Shown: positions 63,501-64,000 of the stretch, one piece after another
How positions within the stretch are numbered: position 1 is the stretch's first letter
How the letters are laid out: each line of letters begins with the position of its first letter
Source: Phoronis australis
Lineage: Eukaryota; Animalia; Phoronida
Assembly: GCA_002633005.1 (NCBI GenBank)
Contig: NMRA01000384.1
Span: forward strand, 163,504 to 227,503
Reading direction: 5' to 3'
Length of the DNA stretch: 64,000 nt
Made by a program: the position numbers and the translations under genes
Notes under the pieces: model-generated
What the model was told of the DNA's origin: nothing
What the model saw: only the letters and a program-made list of their open reading frames with translations
The model's database searches: none

Positions 63501-64000
63501 CCTATAAAATCAGTTGAATATGTTCATAAAAAGCATGCATATTAACCAAATTGTGGGTCCTAACTATTAAAATTTAATTAACAACTTTTTGTTACACTAT
63601 CCTGTTTGCTTTTCATCAAATTCAGGTGAAACCAGCAGCCAATTCTCAATACATGCCAGCAGCAGACGAAATCAATGCTTGGGAACAACTAATAATATCT
63701 CCAATAGCAGAGAAAGAAGCCACTTCCTGCCCAATTTTATTAAGGGTTTGTATAATGAATAAGCCAATAACTCCACCAGAATAACATATTTTTCTAACAA
63801 ATATTATTTTTGATACCTCAAATGAATATATGTTACAGAAAAATAATTGAGTTTGTGAAATTTATAATGAAAATTTAACTAAAGCCTTTTCTGAAAAACA
63901 CTCCAATTTTTATGTTATGTAATCTAAAATGTGATTAAAATTCCACATTTAGTGTATAAATCTTAAATCAAATTATAGAAACAATCAAGTCATTAACCCT

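Overview
AT-rich eukaryotic genomic DNA. Spliceosomal GT-AG introns and a transposon set including Academ, Kolobok, Penelope, IS3EU-like and Crypton-like elements suggest a marine invertebrate (inference). Two host genes can be reconstructed. (1) A + strand Crumbs-family gene with 13 phase-consistent coding exons at 9565-28371; its 5' end is not identifiable here. It encodes at least 10 EGF, LamG, EGF, LamG, EGF, LamG, 17 EGF, a TM helix and a 38-aa tail with GHYQPSxxE and a non-canonical EKLI terminus. (2) A - strand, apparently intronless LRR-LRRCT-Ig-TM receptor of about 934 aa with a C-terminal TQV motif (58097 to 54506). It is split in the assembly by an identical 240-bp duplication, a transposon-like insert and a single N. 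A disrupted paralogue lies at about 39631-40186. The rest of the window is nested transposon remnants. These include a Penelope fragment with a minimal hammerhead ribozyme, two Kolobok and two Academ remnants, a Gypsy integrase, LINE ends, MITEs with readable 3-, 4-, 5-, 6- and 8-bp target-site duplications, and a dense heat-shock-element cluster. Single-N junctions at 16703 and 56478 look like two haplotypes stitched together. No prokaryote-type system (CRISPR, operon) is present. All family assignments come from motif recall, not database searches.
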